DNA of 64,000 nt from contig NC_058368.1 in the NCBI RefSeq assembly GCF_018350175.1, forward strand, positions 114,454,001 to 114,518,000, read 5' to 3'. The translations under genes were made by a program, and so were the position numbers. The notes beneath the pieces were generated by a model. The model was not told the DNA's origin, searched no databases, and saw nothing but the letters and a program-made list of their open reading frames with translations. The DNA comes from Felis catus. Lineage: Eukaryota. Shown piece by piece: positions 62,985 to 64,000 of the stretch. Numbering within the stretch: position 1 is the first letter of the stretch; each line of letters opens with the position of its first letter.

Positions 62985-64000
62985 AAGTTCAAAAACTAAT
63001 TGAAGCAATACTATGAACCAACTAAACCTAACAGACATTACAGAACACTGTACCCAACAACTGAACATGCATTCTTCTCAAATACACATGAAATATTCTC
63101 CAGGACAGATCATGCACTAGGTCATAAGACAAGACTCAATAAATATTAAAAGACTGAAATCATACAAAGTATGTTTTCTGACCAAAATGGATTAATCAGA
63201 AATGAGTAACAGAAAAAAAAATCTGGGAAATTCACAAATTAGGTGGAAATTAAACAACACACTCCAAAATAAACATTGGGTCAAAGAAGATCTCAAGAGA
63301 AATTAGAAAATACTTTTGGATGAATAAAAATGAAGACACAACATACCAAAATTTAGTTAAGGATACAGCTAAAGTAGTGCTTAGGTGAAACTTTACAGTT
63401 ATAAAGGCCTGTAACAGAAAAAAAGGAATGATCTCAAGACGATGACCTAACCTTCCATCAAAAAGGAAACTAAATCCAAACCAAGCAGAAGCAAGGAAAT
63501 AAAGATTAGAACAAAAACTTAATGAAGTAAAGAACAGAAAAGAGAAAACAACAGAACCAAAAGTTGATTTTTTGAAAAGATCAACAAAATTGATAAACTT
63601 TTACCTAGATTGACCAAGAAAAAAAAAGAGAAAAGACTCAAATTACTAAAATTAGGAATGAAAGAATGGACAGTACTAGCAATTATAATAAAAAAGATTA
63701 TACAGGGATACTATGAACAACTACATACCAATGAATGAGAAAACTTAGATTAAATGGGCAAATTCCTAAAAAGACTGAAACTAACAAAGAAGGAATAGAA
63801 AATCTGACTAGACCTACAAAAAGTAAAAATTGAATTAGTAATTTTAAAACTTCCCACAAAGAAAAGCCCAGGTCCCGATGGCTTCACTGGTGAATTTGGC
63901 CTAACATTAAAAAAAAAAAAAAAAAAAAAAAAAACTCCAATTCTACACACACTCTTCCAGAAAACTGAAAAAGAGTGAATTCTTTCCAAATGATGACATT
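62985..64000 (+). mobile_element. Degenerate L1 ORF2 (end of the endonuclease domain to the pre-RT region) in a CDC25C intron
   Basis: LTDI..TLYPTT..FFS...RTDH.LGHK and KKSPGPDGFTGEF motifs, with stops and frameshifts. Confidence 0.88.

Noticed and set aside
59552..64000. Search for upstream CDC25C exons
   Set aside because: Only intronic and repeat sequence (L1, L2-like) seen; the 5' part of the gene lies beyond the window.

Overview
Eukaryotic, repeat-rich mammalian DNA. The dense tRNA-derived carnivore SINEs, including young SINEC_Fc-type copies, point to a cat-family (Felidae) genome. Two protein-coding genes lie on the minus strand. GFRA3 (artemin co-receptor) is complete: 8 coding exons, 45810 to 29158, 1188 nt / 395 aa, all GT-AG junctions. 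CDC25C is present as its last 7 coding exons (59551 to 53033), including the HCEFSSER active site. Positions 1-28.5 kb are intergenic, with SINE/L1/LTR/DNA-transposon remnants and an orphan CpG island at about 19.4-20.1 kb. The most unusual region is GFRA3 intron 1 (about 42.1-43.75 kb). There, a short AT-rich core of an old DNA transposon has taken at least six retro-insertions: a truncated U6 copy, a full-length uninterrupted ATOX1 retrocopy and four SINEs. The ATOX1 copy is sense to GFRA3 and could in principle splice in frame to the GFRA3 signal-peptide exon. Other notable items are an in-frame alternative donor for GFRA3 exon 4, a NAGNAG acceptor at exon 2, a perfect 23-bp hairpin at an L1 5' junction and a strong CTCF motif between the two genes. 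No new biological system can be demonstrated from sequence alone. Gene, repeat-family and orthologue comparisons are from recall, not database searches, and repeat boundaries are approximate.
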